A stretch of 64,000 bases of DNA from Octopus bimaculoides (GCF_001194135.2 NC_068983.1:66258672-66322671), one strand, 5' to 3'. Positions 10,906-24,483 are shown, counted from the first letter of the stretch. Translations and numbers: made by a program. The notes: generated by a model not told the origin, from the letters alone.

Positions 10906-13900
10906 AAAAATAATAACAATGATAACAACAACAACAATAACACAAGGTCAGAAATTTGGCGGCTCCTCTTACTTGGAGTCTCTTTTATTGCTTGCTCTAA
11001 CCTCCAAGACCTCCCTAATTGAGCTGACTTATGGTCAAATATGTTCCAACCATGACAAGTCTATCTTTTGATATGTCTAAGACTACATTGAGCAATTTAC
11101 ACCAAAAGTAGAGTGTAATTTGAGGAAATTTCCCTACTGTTTCTAGTAGTTCAAATGAAGTAACTGTGTAGGTACTCCATCGTTAGCTTGATGTATGTGT
11201 TGCTGCTCTCATCAGTCATCATCAAAACTGGCATTAATGTTCAGTTCAATTGCTACAATTTCAGTCAACACTGTTTTTTGACCAACATTTTTACATCAGC
11301 AACTTTCCTTTTATTTCATTATACAAAGATATTGAGTTAAGCATGTCTGATTCCATTTGTTCTGAAGCAAAAATATTTTATTATTACAACAAACTGAAGG
11401 ATCTTAAATTATATTAGAATTTTTTTTTTCCTTTTTGACAAATGGAAATAGACTAAAAACAAATATAAAAAGAATAAATTTAAAATTTCTATTATAAGAT
11501 TTGTGTAATAGTTCTAAATTAAAAATATATATACATATTAAAAAGTTCCATAAATTTAAGTCCAGAAATTAATTTTATCAAAACTGCTTGATCAAATTTA
11601 GTGAAAAACTTTAATGAAAGTTAAATCTAATTTACTTTTGGAATATTTCATCATATTCTGATATTCTACCATGAAGGATCTGACTTCTTAACTATGATGA
11701 AAATTTCAAAATAATATCATCAGCATCAATAACAACAAAACCAACAAAAGGTTATCACTGAATAGAATAATTAAGAAAAATGAAGAAATTAAAACAATAA
11801 AACAAAACATGAGCTCATTGAGAAAATAGAAAATGTTTCACTAAACATGATTAGCAAAATATTTTATTGGCAAGTGAGTTTAACAATCAGTTGTGTGATT
11901 GAAAATTTAAAATAAAATTAAAATATTCAGGAAATATGTTATTGGTTATCAAACTCATGATAGACCATTAATATGATGGCTTTCAGATGAAGATTGGAGA
12001 AATTAAATGCAAAAGAAGAACAACAGAAAATTTATTCAGAATTTGTCAATAAATGCATAGAAATTTTCTTTAGAAAATCTTAAGTTGAATAGTGAAGACT
12101 TCATTACAGAGTGAGATATGGCATCAAATCATGACCAATTTAATTTCCAGAAAAGAAAAAGAAAACTTTAATAGATTTTTTTTTCCATAACTAAATTTCT
12201 CAGATCTAAATATTTTTGAAGAATATTCTGTGATGGACAAAGTGAAAAGGCAAAGATTGTGAAAATTGAGCCAAAATTGTAACAGAATTTATCAGTGAAG
12301 ATACTGGAAACCTTAAAAAAAGTTTGAAGTGTTAATTTTGGCAATTTTTCCATAATTTAAGATAAAATTATGTTACTTTGGTACAGAAATGTTAATAAGA
12401 ATATCTTACATAGCCAAGTTCACATAGATTCAAGTGTACCATATCAGCAACCAAGTCTTCGGATTCTGTTAGTGCCATTTCTCTTTAAAACCCTAATTTT
12501 GAAGTTGTACTTGTCTGACAAGTGATTTCATCTGAGATCGTGTTTTAGAACTAAGGTCATTACAGCATGGAAGACTTTCAAAAACATGCAGAAACTGTTA
12601 ACTTCATTAATCATTTATTTTTTGGTGTCAAAATTTTCATAGCACTCTCTACAATCCAGTCACTGACCTTGTTCACTACAACTAGTTTGGAACTTGGTTA
12701 CTGATCAGTTTATATTGGCATCAGGGTTTTAAATTAATTATTCTTTTTTTCTTTAGGGAACTTGATAGTTTCTGTGTGTCTAAGAATAGCTAAAATACGT
12801 TTTCTATTCTGTAATTGCAGATAACTTTAATGGTTTTAATAAGTATGAATTCCACAATTATCAGTTTCCCTTCTATTTGAGTTTGTTCTGGTTTTGATTT
12901 TAAATTTTAGTCATTTCCTGTACTTGGATTGCTAATGATCTTAAGAAAGTCATAAACATTACAAACTTTTATTCTTAGTGCAAATCCAGTTCAGCTTCAA
13001 GAACATTTTGCCCAAGCAGCACTAAAAGGAGTTTTTATATAGAAAATACATAATAAAATTACTATCTATTTTCCATACTGACATCAGCTGCATTGGTGAG
13101 GAGTCATGGTTGAGTCAACCTTGATTCCTCAAACCAATAAGTCCAGAAGGACATGAAAATTAGAATTTTTGTATTTGTTTGTTTTGCCTTTGTCAAAACG
13201 GCTTTTAAAATTGCCACAAAAAATATTTTGAAGATGAAATGAATACAATGCACAAATGGTAGGGATGCATGGCAGGATAATGTTATTTTGATTAAAAATC
13301 TATGCAAAGATAATTTTGATTAGAAACAAATTTCTTTCAATATCACAAAGATGACAAAGAATAGAAATCCTCACTAAGTGTTTCATTGACATGGGAAGAG
13401 AATTAAAATCTGGTCTAAATATCAGAAAGAATATAAAAATATTCCTACTTCACCTCTTTAACATCTTTATCTAGCACAATTATCACCTCTCTACTACCAT
13501 TATCATTATCCTTGTTTATCTTACTAATGGTATTAAATGGTTAAGAATTTATGTAAGCACATTAGGTTGTGTTGATAAAGATATCAAAAGGATTAGAGTC
13601 CTTACTAGTGAAGGTACATCAGCTTATTTCTATAAAGATATTAAAAAGGTCAGAAACCACATAAATTGACTATTTTATCTTGATAATGATATCAATAGGT
13701 GAGAATCCGTACAATTGAGACACACTTTACAAATATTAATGATGATGATGATGATGATAGAAGATGTTATCATATAGGCTGAGGCTCATCTAACTCGTAT
13801 AATAAGCAAGCTGGCTTATATTGGCAATGATATCTGGTCATAATGACTGATATTGGATGCGCCAAAATAATGTAAGAAATTATGTTTCCATTGGTGTTTA

Positions 13901-14071
13901 TTTGTGAATGATTTCTAAACTAATAGTCCTGATAGATTTTAGAAATAATGTTGTTTATTACTCTTTAGCTATTGGTTATTCATGTATGCAGTACTGAATT
14001 GTCATACTATATATTATATGTATATATATATATATGCATAATTGCCATTATATATACATATGCATATTTGA

Positions 14072-14115
<44 letters not shown>

Positions 14116-14759
14116 ACACATACACGGTGCTCCAGCATAGCCACAGCCTTAGGGCTGAAATGTATAAAAGGGTAAAATATATATATATATATATATGCAT
14201 GCATGTATGTAAATATGTATTATTAATAAATGTTCAACAGATTTATTATTAAATTTGTCACTTTATTTACTTTTTACAAATATCTAACATTTAGTAATGC
14301 TTGTATAATAAATTTCATCTGTAAATATTTAATTTATACCTATTTTGAGAACAGAGCTAGCAGTAATAATAACATAACAGGCAAATAGTTGTGACAGTAG
14401 TGTTTCGCACTTCTTTATTGGCACTATGTTGGGTCTATAGCCAAGACACTTAACAGTCAACTGATTCACTCTGTAAATAATTACAAGGCATTTATCAACA
14501 AGAGAAACTTGCACAAGTTGCTGCAGTGTTCATCTGAACTCAGAAACAGGTGATTGCAAAGCAATTCCTTATCTACACAACCATATCTACACCGATATTG
14601 AGTTCACTTTACTTTATTGCAAAAATAAATATAGTATGACAACATCATCATCATTTTTGCATCCACTTTTCCATGCTGATATTGGTTTGACAAAACTTAT
14701 CAAAGCAGATTTTTAATTGATGGCTTATCTTCTAGTTATAGAGAATAATTATATTTATC

Positions 14760-15040
14760 TATCATCATCATCATCTTTATTATCATCATTTAACATTCAT
14801 GTTCCATACTGGTATGGAGTTGGATGGCTCACAAAGTATTCAATGGGTACCAGGACTACATCATGCTCCAGTGGGTTCTTTGACATGGTTTCTGCAGTTG
14901 GATGCCTTTCCTAATATCAACCATTTCACAGTGCATACTGGGTGCTATGTTCGTGCCACTGGCACTACTGAGGTCACCATATAGTGCACAAGTCCACAAA
15001 ATCCCATTACAGGCAGAGTGCATCCTTGTATTAGAAAAGA
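14760..15040 (-). mobile_element. RTE 3'-end fragment
   Basis: (cat)n-tttaacattcatgttccatactggtatggagttggatgg...gcagttggatgcctttcctaatatcaacc, a diverged copy of the RTE tail family. Confidence 0.65.
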
Positions 15041-15926
15041 GTCAAGGTATGAAAGAAAAGGTTTGTGGTGGCAGTGGCAGTGGTAGCTGCAGCAACAGTG
15101 GTGGTTGTGGTGGTGGTGGTGGTTTTGGTGGTGGTTTTACTGCTAATAATATTACTTTTGAAAGGAGCCAAGAAATTTAATCAACGTTAGAAAGGGTGGA
15201 ATATAACAGCAATCAACCTTGCTGACAGGTCAAACTCTGTGAAGGACAATTTTCGTATTTTATCTTTCAGTAAGATAAAGATAAGTCAATGAAAATAAGT
15301 ACCAGTAATATACTCAGGAGAAATCAGCCCAGTAAATAATCTTCTTGTAACAAGGTCTAACCTGGTGCTTAATCAAAAGAAAATCAATAGCAGTAGTAGC
15401 AGCAGCAGCAGCAGAAGCAGCAGAAGCAGCAGCAACACCAGCAAGGGCAGCAGCAGAAATGGTGGTGGTGGTGGTGGTGGTGGTGATAGTAGTAGTAGTA
15501 GTTGTTGTTGTTGTTGTCGTCTCAAAAAATTGTTGCTGTAGCAAGACCAAAAGCAGCAGTGATACAACAGAATTAATTAATCGTTTAAAATCTATGACAT
15601 AATTACAAAGCCCATGATAGCTGTAGCAACAAGTTCACATCTGATAACTTAACAAGGTTTTATCTAAAATTTTTGTATTTATTTCATCTATTTTACTCTA
15701 CATTAGCAGTTAAGGTTCATTCCAATACGTCTCTATGGTGTAATATTTTTTCTTTTGTTTTTTGTTTATATTTATTCATTTATCTTTTGCTGTTGCTTTG
15801 TGATAAACATAACACTACTGAGAGAAAGCTCCAGGCATTCATTACCATTGGTGTAATGCTGTTGTTTTTTAGAGCTCTTGAAAATTAAAGGCAGAAAAGG
15901 AAATGTTCATTAGAATCATACATGAA

Positions 15927-15927
<1 letters not shown>

Positions 15928-16010
<83 letters not shown>

Positions 16011-16050
16011 TACACACACACACATTCACACACACACACATACTCACACA
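15928..16050. repeat. (CA)n microsatellite
   Basis: Direct reading. Many similar (CA)n, (TA)n and (TATG)n tracts occur at 13990-14215, 23790-24660, 37690-37930, 43280-44150 and 45650-46120. Confidence 0.97.
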
Positions 16051-16347
16051 CATGTATGTGTCTGTGCTTACATGTATGTGTACATGTATGTGTAAATATA
16101 TGTATATATGTGTGTCATGCACATTATATATATATGTGTATGTATACATTTATACACTCATAAACATATTTATACATACATGCATACAAATACAGACGTG
16201 TATGCACACACATACATTCATATACATATGTATACATATATACATACATATATTTGCATATTCCTATATATATTCGTATATATTTCTCAGCTATTTTAAC
16301 TTTTACATTTTTTTCAATACATCAGAATATTTGTTTAATGTTTCAAG

Positions 16348-16720
16348 GTGGTAGTTGTGGTAGCTGTAGTGGTGGCAATAGAAGTGGTGGTAGTGGTAGC
16401 TGTGGTGGTGGTTGTAGTAGTGGTGGTGGTGGTGGTGATGGTGGTGGTGGTGGTGGTGGTGGTGGTGGTGGTGGTGTTGGTGGTGGTGCAGGCGGTGGTG
16501 GTGGTAAAATGGAGGGGGCAGAGGTGGTGGCAGTGGCGGCAATTGCGGTAGTGGTGGCTGTAGTAGACGCAGCATGAAAGCAGTGGCAGTTGGGTCGGTG
16601 GTGCAGGTGGAGGTGACAGCAGCAGTGGCGCTAGTAGCGGAGGCGGCAGCATGCAACAGCAGCACCAGCAACGGCAGTAGTTGCAGTGACGGTGGTGGTG
16701 GTGGTGGTGGGGAGCTGATC
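16348..16720. repeat. GC-rich compound trinucleotide low-complexity block (GGT/GTA/GCA)
   Basis: Direct reading; it generates overlapping poly-G, poly-H, poly-T and poly-V ORFs. Confidence 0.9.
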
Positions 16721-17357
16721 TGATAGCAATTAATGTAATCTTCATAAATATTATCATTAATATCAATATTATCAGTAGCAGCAGTAACAACATTGTCAAC
16801 ATCATATACAGTTATTATTGCTAGAAATAGTTGTAAAAATCTGACATTATTATTATTATTATTATTATCATTACTATTATAGCTATCATTATTAATATCA
16901 TTATTATTACTATTATTATTATTATTATTATTAATTTAAGGGTCATTAACTAATAAGTATTTAAATCATTGTGGAAATCAGATTTCAGATTAATTGAATG
17001 TTATTGATTAAATTGCGACATGGTTATTCTTACAGACAAGTTATTAGTGAAGGTGTAGCATACCTTTCATTCACACTTCCTGTTTCTCTGCCAACAAGTA
17101 TGTGTGTTTATATGCAAATATACTGAGAATTAAATACAGACAAACCTACATTTTAATGCATAAAGATATATGTACACACATTAATATTCATTTGCGTATC
17201 TACCTGTATTGGGTGTAGTAATATCATTTATTTCTTGTATATAAAGATGTTTTTATTTAAACCATATGTTTCTAGAATACATTTATTTAGTGCTTTAAAT
17301 TCACACTAATTTATCTATTTGTCTATCTTTGTCTATCTATATCTATCTATATCTATA

Positions 17358-17447
<90 letters not shown>

Positions 17448-17657
17448 CACACATGTGTGCATATATATATATTATATATATAGAGAGAGAGTGTGAGAGA
17501 GATAGAGGGAGAGGGAGTGTTAGTAGGTTAAAGCAAAAGAAGCTGACTATACAATAGATAACACAAAGCAGTGCTCAAATGGAAATGAATTTCAACTTCA
17601 TTTTCTTTACTCAGGGCCAGCATCTCACATCAAAAGTTAACTATAAGAGCTGCTATG

Positions 17658-18141
17658 GAGGTGGTAAATGAGATTAACACAGGTTTGAAACACATATTTA
17701 TATGGAGCACAAAATGTAAATGATAAAATGAAAAAAGCATGTAAAATCTTATCTTGACAGCTGTTTCAAGATAAATTTTAATTTACGTAATAACCATATT
17801 TGTAAGTAATATGTGCTTGATGTCTTAGACATGCAACCAGCAACAAGTCCAGGTGAAATTGTTAAAGCTAGGCCACTCTTTACAAGAGCAGAATGGCCAA
17901 GGTACTTTTTTAAAGAGTAGCCTTACTTACTCTACCGATTTCATCTGGACTTGTTGGTTGCACACCTATGGCATCATGCATGTATAACTTATGAATATGG
18001 TTATTACATAAGTTATAGCCATTTTGAAACAGCTGTCAGGAGAGGACTTTACATTATTTTTTCCTTATTTTATAATCTGAGTTTTTGCTCCATGTAAATT
18101 TGTCTCAAGCCTAATTGTGTTTATCTCCCTAACTACATCTC
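17658..18141. mobile_element. Old foldback/palindromic MITE-like element, ~225-bp arms and ~28-nt loop
   Basis: 17658-17882 aligns to the reverse complement of 17911-18141 (e.g. tgacagctgtttcaa / ttgaaacagctgtca; caacaagtccaggtgaaat / atttcatctggacttgttg; atggagca / tgctccat). Confidence 0.85.
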
Positions 18142-18273
18142 TCGCCTTCTTTCTCTCTCTCTCTCCTCTCTCTCTCTCTCTTGCTTTATCTATCTCTCTC
18201 TCCCTCTCTCTTGCCTATCTATTTCTTTCTCTACATATATATATGTGTGTGTGTATGTATATATGTGTGTGTG

Positions 18274-18314
<41 letters not shown>

Positions 18315-19022
18315 AAAACAGGTTTTGGGTTTAAAGTGAAGGTATTCAGGTAAAAATAATTGTGCATATCAGGTAAAAATACAAGCATTTAAACAATAGA
18401 CCACTACATAGGCATCTCTGAAGACAACTTTCAACCACAAATACAAACAAAACAAATTCAATGCTTTTCAGACATGTAGGCAAAAACATAAAACAAAGTT
18501 GAAGACATCAAGGGATCCAAATGAGTTAAATTGTTTGTATGGTATTTTAGTCTATAGGACTAGGATGATGAACTAACAGAGTTGTCAGAGCATCTTACTG
18601 AATGATGCATGGGTTTTTTTGTGACATTTTATTTCTGAAATCAAATGCTGCTGAAATCAACTTTAATTTCATTTTTCAAGGCTTATGAAAAAAATGAAAA
18701 ACTGCACCAGCGTAGTGGATTAATGGAATTGTAAGGATGTCAAACTAAGATGTCTTGTTGTATTTGTTCAGACTCTCTGACAAATTCTATTGTGCTTCCT
18801 AAAAGCACTCTAACCAGTCTGCAGGTCTAATGTGATAAGTAAGACAAATCTGAGAATCAAAGTCCAGCATTAAACAACCAAATAAATGGTTGGGATTAAG
18901 TGAATATTTAAAGAGGGATTCCTTCTGCTGGAGATCTGTACCCTGGTAAATATGTGTATTTTAGTCAACCCTAAACAACACAGCAAGAAAATAAATAGCT
19001 AATTCCATAAAGTCTTCTAGGT

Positions 19023-19420
19023 CAGTGCTACTCAAAGTGGTGGTCCGTGGACCAGTGTCAGTCCACAAGCCATCAGCTGCCAGTACACGGCAAGTTTCCA
19101 GAAAAGAAAGAAACAATAGCATAATTTCAGTAATCCTGCCTTATATACTGCAGTAAACAACTTATCAGCTTATGTAATATTGTATTATTTGATTACAAAA
19201 TAAATATAAGATAAAAAATTGTCAACTTTTATTATATTCATTATATATATATATATATNNNNNNNNNNNNNNNNNNNNNNNNNNNNNNNNNNNNNNNNNN
19301 NNNNNNNNNNATATATTGTTTCCAGTATAAATTAATATCACTAAGAAATATTACCAGTCCCTGGCATATTGGTAAAAAAAAACTGCCAGTACACCACATC
19401 AGATAGTTAGAGAAGCCCTG
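19023..19420. mobile_element. hAT/Charlie-type non-autonomous DNA transposon (internal N gap)
   Basis: Left end CAGTGCTACTCAAAGTG; right end in reverse complement CAGGGCTTCTCTAACT. The 8-bp flanks ttctaggt / ctctatgt match 6/8 and resemble the NTCTAGAN Charlie target. Confidence 0.8.
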
Positions 19421-19596
19421 CTCTATGTGATTAATTAAAGACCTGCTGAGTCACTGCTGAAAAAGCTCTCATTGTCTCAAGATCTTTGTGGTTCTAGATG
19501 TTGTCACTTAGTTACAGGTCAAGCCTAGCTAAGCAGATCTATGATCAAAAGTGTTACCACCATGAACATCCCATCTTTATTCTCATGTTTTACATA

Positions 19597-19880
19597 TCTC
19601 ATCATCATCATTGTCGCCGTCATTTAACGTCCGCTTTCCATGCTGGCATGGGTTGGATGGTTTGACTGAGAACTGGTATACTAGAAGGCTGTACCAGGGT
19701 CCAATCTGATCTGGCATGGTTTCTATAGCTGGATGCCATTCCTAATTCGACCACTCTGAGAGTGTACTGGGTGCTTTTTACATGCCACTGGCATAAGGGT
19801 CAGTCAGGTGGAACTGGCATCAACCACATTTGAATGGTGCTTTTTATGTGCTACTGGCACAGGAGCCAGTCAGGCATCCC
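19597..19880 (-). mobile_element. RTE 3'-end fragment nested in a family D SINE-like repeat (19500-19596 + 19890-20000)
   Basis: (cat)n...tttaacgtccgctttccatgctggcatggg. The two flanks join into the repeat also seen at 41055-41270 and 60195-60390. Confidence 0.72.
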
Positions 19881-20843
19881 TACACTAATACTACATTATC
19901 TAGTGTAATCTTAAATGTAATCTTATTCTTAAGAACATAGATGTGATTTAAGGAAAATTTGGCTGCTATTTTTCTTGTAGCTCAAGTGAGTATATAATGT
20001 TAGCTAGCAACCTTCATGTCTCTCACAGCAGCTGGAATGACCAAGAATATTGTGTATGATAGTAAACAAAAGGGAAATAACTATTCTTGCCTTGAAGGGA
20101 ACAAATCTTTTAGAATATTCATGTCATGATAAAAATACAATTATACATAAAACACAAATTTCCCCCAAATTTCTGTAAGCTAAATACCACCATACTGTGT
20201 TTTATTTTCCCTTCCAAAATATTTGAAAATGAAAACATATCGATTTTTATTTGTTCTGACAGTGATCAGTTGTGATGCTGGTACTGTGTCTCTGTGTGTA
20301 TTAATAGCTCTGATAAACAACAAGTCTTGAAGACATTGTATGTATTCATTCTGTAGTTGTGCTTATATACAATGTATAAATATGTATGTACATTGTGTGT
20401 GAATGTGGCTTGGTAGAACCACTGAAGCATCAAACAAAATACTAAGTAGTGTTTGTTCTGGCTCTTTACATTTTGAGCTCAAATACCATTGGGTCATTTA
20501 TGTCTTTTATATTTCGAGGATTGATAAAATAAAGTCCCAAATCACGATGGAGGATTCATAGAATATATATGAAAATGTTTTTGCAGTATTTATTTCAGTT
20601 CTGTACATTATCTTTTATCTTTTATTTGTTTTTGTCATTGGGGTACTGCTTTGAAGAGCTTCATTGAACAAATCGACACCAGCACTTATTTTTTTTTTAG
20701 AGTCTGGTGCTTATTCTATCAATCACTAGATGCAAAACCACTAAGTTGGGAGGAGGTAAACAAACCAACACTGGTTGTCAAGCAGTAGTGATGGTCAAAC
20801 ACAGCACTAATATACACACACACATACATATATACACTCAAAC

Positions 20844-20899
<56 letters not shown>

Positions 20900-21339
20900 G
20901 TATATAAATATATATATGTATATGTATGCATATGTATATAGATAAATAAGTGTGTGTATATATATTTGTGTATGTATATAAATATATATATATATATTTA
21001 TATACACATATGCATGTATGTATATAATGATATATATATATATATATCCTTTAAGTTCGTTTACAACAAACGTTTTGAATATGTCTATAAAAGCCCTTAT
21101 TTTATCATGCTGGCTACAGCCTAATGATACCAACTGGCAATAATAGTTTTGGGGGGTTGCAATGAGCTGTGCTGATATAATGTAAGATAAATATAGTAAT
21201 AATAATAATAATCCATGGATGGAATTTGTAAACATTTTAATGCGTCGCTACACATGTTTCCACAAAACACATATTTCTTAAGATCATAGCCAGTATTCCT
21301 GGGATGATTACTGTACAGTTTGTAATATCTGTGAACATC

Positions 21340-21901
21340 AGGCAGATCATATTCATGAGTCTAAATTCCTCTCTAAACAGAGTAAAATTGGTGATAGCAA
21401 AACGTGAAGCTATTATTACTCTTCTAAAAGATCACAAATCCAATTTCAGCAATAAGCCTAGTTGTAGACTTTTAAACCCAATAACACTGAAGCTTGCGCA
21501 CTTGACCAGGCATGTATGATAAACTCCATCATGTATGAGACTGAAGTTATAGCTACACTCCGAGAAAAAATCAATCGAAAAGAAGAATTACATCGGGTTG
21601 TATGAGGGTGAGTTGAAGAGACATTATGAAAACCAACTATCTTCTTTCCGGAACATTGATAAAAGTAATGCAACTTAGTTAGCTAGCCACATGGAATTTG
21701 AAGAGCAGCTCCACACCACATACAATTAAGTGGAGAATAGTGGAGAAATCCAAGCCATATGTTAATGGATTTAAGAAATATAACTTATGCATGACAGAAA
21801 GATCTCATATTCTTCTTTGATTCAGCAATTCTAATACACTGCTTAATTCCAGATCTGAAATTTTTAGCAGGTAGAGACACATAAAGAGGTTCCTTTTATA
21901 A
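21340..21901 (+). mobile_element. Penelope-like retroelement relic: RT N-terminal piece joined to a decayed C-terminal GIY-YIG endonuclease
   Basis: Translations AKREAIITLLKDHKSNFSNKPSCRLLNP (~21395-21490), CALDQACMINSIMYETEV, YIGLYEGELKRHYENQLSSFRN (YIG at 21589-21597), and IKWRIVEKSKPYVNGFKKYNLCMTER...LLNSRSEIFSR*RH...FLL*. Confidence 0.8.
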
Positions 21902-22540
21902 AATTGGAGGGCACCACCTGCTTCGGACTGAGTTGCTGTCTTGCAGACTTTGACATATTTTCTATTTCATTCTAAACCAGTTGTATTTAATGAGGCAGCC
22001 AGGGAGGTCAAAGATTATAGTTCTTGATTTCATTTCTTTTTTTCTCATTCCATTTTTTGCACCAAACTTCTTCATGTTTTTGCCACGTTCTTTCTTATTT
22101 TCTTACTCTCCAGCATCTTTGATTTTAAAAATATAAAATGCATAATCAGAACCTGAAAGATTGCTTTTAGATACATGGTGTATTTTATAAATATGTCTGT
22201 TCAAACATCATGATACCATGAAACAATTAGTAGCTCTTTTGGTTGAGTATTTTATTTGATATATATATACCTATTATTTTAAAGAAATTAACTCCCCCAA
22301 AATACTAGGTATTGAAAGAGTATTTCCTTGGATGTAACCATCCTTTCATGAGGTTAACTTAATCTCTTATTAAATTTATATATATATATATTATTTAACA
22401 CACTCACCGCTTCAGTTTCCACTCATTTACTTATTGATTTTTTCTAAAATTTTTGTTGTGTCTTGGAACCTTTTCAGTAGTCATTGCCTCTGTCCTTTAT
22501 CCGAGCTGCATTCCTTGTGTTTGTTTGTGCACAAACAAGT

Positions 22541-22718
22541 CAGTGAGCTGGCAGAAACATTAGCATGCCAGGCAAACTGCTTAGTGGTATTTTGTCTGTC
22601 TTTACTTTCTGACTTCAAATTCCGCTGAGGTCAACTTTGCCTTTCATCCTTTCAAGGTCAATAATTTAAGTACCAGTTGTGTACTGTGGTCAATCTAATT
22701 CACTAGCCCCCCCCCCCC
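22541..22718 (+). mobile_element. Family B SINE, truncated at a gap
   Basis: gtgagctggcagaaacattagcatgccaggcaaactgcttagtgg...acttcaaattccgctgaggtcaactttgcctttcatcc. Confidence 0.8.
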
Positions 22719-22904
22719 NNNNNNNNNNNNNNNNNNNNNNNNNNNNNNNNNNNNNNNNNNNNNNNNNNNNNNNNNNNNNNNNNNNNNNNNNNNNNNNNNN
22801 NNNNNNNNNNNNNNNNNNNNNNNNNNNNNNNNNNNNNNNNNNNNNNNNNNNNNNNNTATATATATTCTTTTCTCTCTCTCTCTCTCTGTCTCTCTCTCTC
22901 TGTC

Positions 22905-22950
<46 letters not shown>

Positions 22951-23053
22951 TATATATATATAGTCCTCAGTCAAATCGTCTAACCGATGCTAGCATGGAA
23001 AGCGGACGTTACACGATGATGATGATGATGATGATATATATATATATATGTTA

Positions 23054-23375
23054 AGGCGTGTGGCTTTGTGGTTAGGGCATTCAGCACATGATCGTAAGGT
23101 CATGGGCTCAATTCCCAGTGATGCTTTGTGTCCTTAATCAAGACACTTTATTTCACGTTGCTCCAGTCCACTCAACTGGCCAAAGCAAGTAGTACCTGTA
23201 TTTCAAAGGGCCTGCCTTGTTACACTCTGTGTAACATGCTGAATCTTCCTGAGAACTACGTTAAGAGTACACGTGTCTGTGGAGTGCTCAGTCACTTGCA
23301 CATTAATTTCATGAGCAAGCTGTTCTGTTGATCGTATCAGCTGGAACCCTCATCATCGTAACTGATGGAGTGCTC
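23054..23375 (+). mobile_element. tRNA-derived SINE, family C
   Basis: Head ggcgtgtggctttgtggttaggg...gggctcaattccc (A/B-box-like). Related copies at 5155-5395, 60495-60725 and a partial one at 54870-55060. Confidence 0.78.
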
Positions 23376-24316
23376 CTATATATATATAAAGAGAGAGAGA
23401 GAGAGGTGGCAGGGAGGGAGAGAGAAATAATGATGTAAATAAACACACTTGGACTTAATATATAAAATATGCAAACATTCATATACATATACATAAATAT
23501 TAGATTATATATAGAGAGAAACAAAACCTAAAAATGTTCAGAAGATGAATATCAATGTATAAGAAAGCAGATATTTATATATTTACAGAACAAATTTGCA
23601 CAAAGTACAAAAGATAAAGAAAACTAATGGAGGAGGGCATAGTATTTCAAGTCCAACAGTTGTTTCAGCTGTTACATAATAGTTGTATTGATGGCAGATG
23701 GAGTGTGCAAAACATCAAGGATATGTAACCAGTAGTGGATGCATATAAACATTACTGTAAAGTTGGGCTCCATATTCAGGGAGGAGAGATTGGTATGTGT
23801 ATGTGTGTATGTGTGTGTGCGTGTGTGTGTGTGAATTATAGATACACACACACACACACACACACACATACTCATACACACACTGCTAGATAGATAGATA
23901 GATATGTATGTAAAACATATATCAACACACACACATACATACATATGTACACTCATATATGTGTGTATGTACATATATAACTATGTATACTTACATACAT
24001 GTAACCATACATATACACATACATATACATATGTATATGTGTTTATGTATCTATGTATGTACTACTATATATGTAATGTGTGTATGTGTGTGTGAGTGTG
24101 TGTCTGTGTGTTTGTGTGTGTGTGTGTTTGTGTATGTGTGTGGCTGTATGCGAGTGTGTGTTAATATATATATATTTATATAAACATATATCTAACATTA
24201 CTTTATATATTAAAATATAGTTCTGAGATTGACTTAATTCTATTATATACAAATACATGAAGCGTTCTAAGTAAACCTTGAAAATATTCTCATTATAGTT
24301 CGTAGACATTTATTTC

Positions 24317-24351
<35 letters not shown>

Positions 24352-24429
24352 AATATATGTGTGCGTGCATATACACACACACACACATACACATATATAT
24401 ATATGTGTGTGTATGTATGTATGTATGTG

Positions 24430-24483
<54 letters not shown>

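Noticed and set aside
15903-16805. His-, Thr-, Gly-, Val- and HT/CV-rich ORFs (also 23672-24678, 43395-44057, 47634-48047)
   Set aside because: Translations of di- and trinucleotide microsatellites, open in several frames on both strands.
18020-18040. GAAACAGCTGTC as a possible hammerhead half
   Set aside because: No CTGANGA upstream on either arm of this foldback element.
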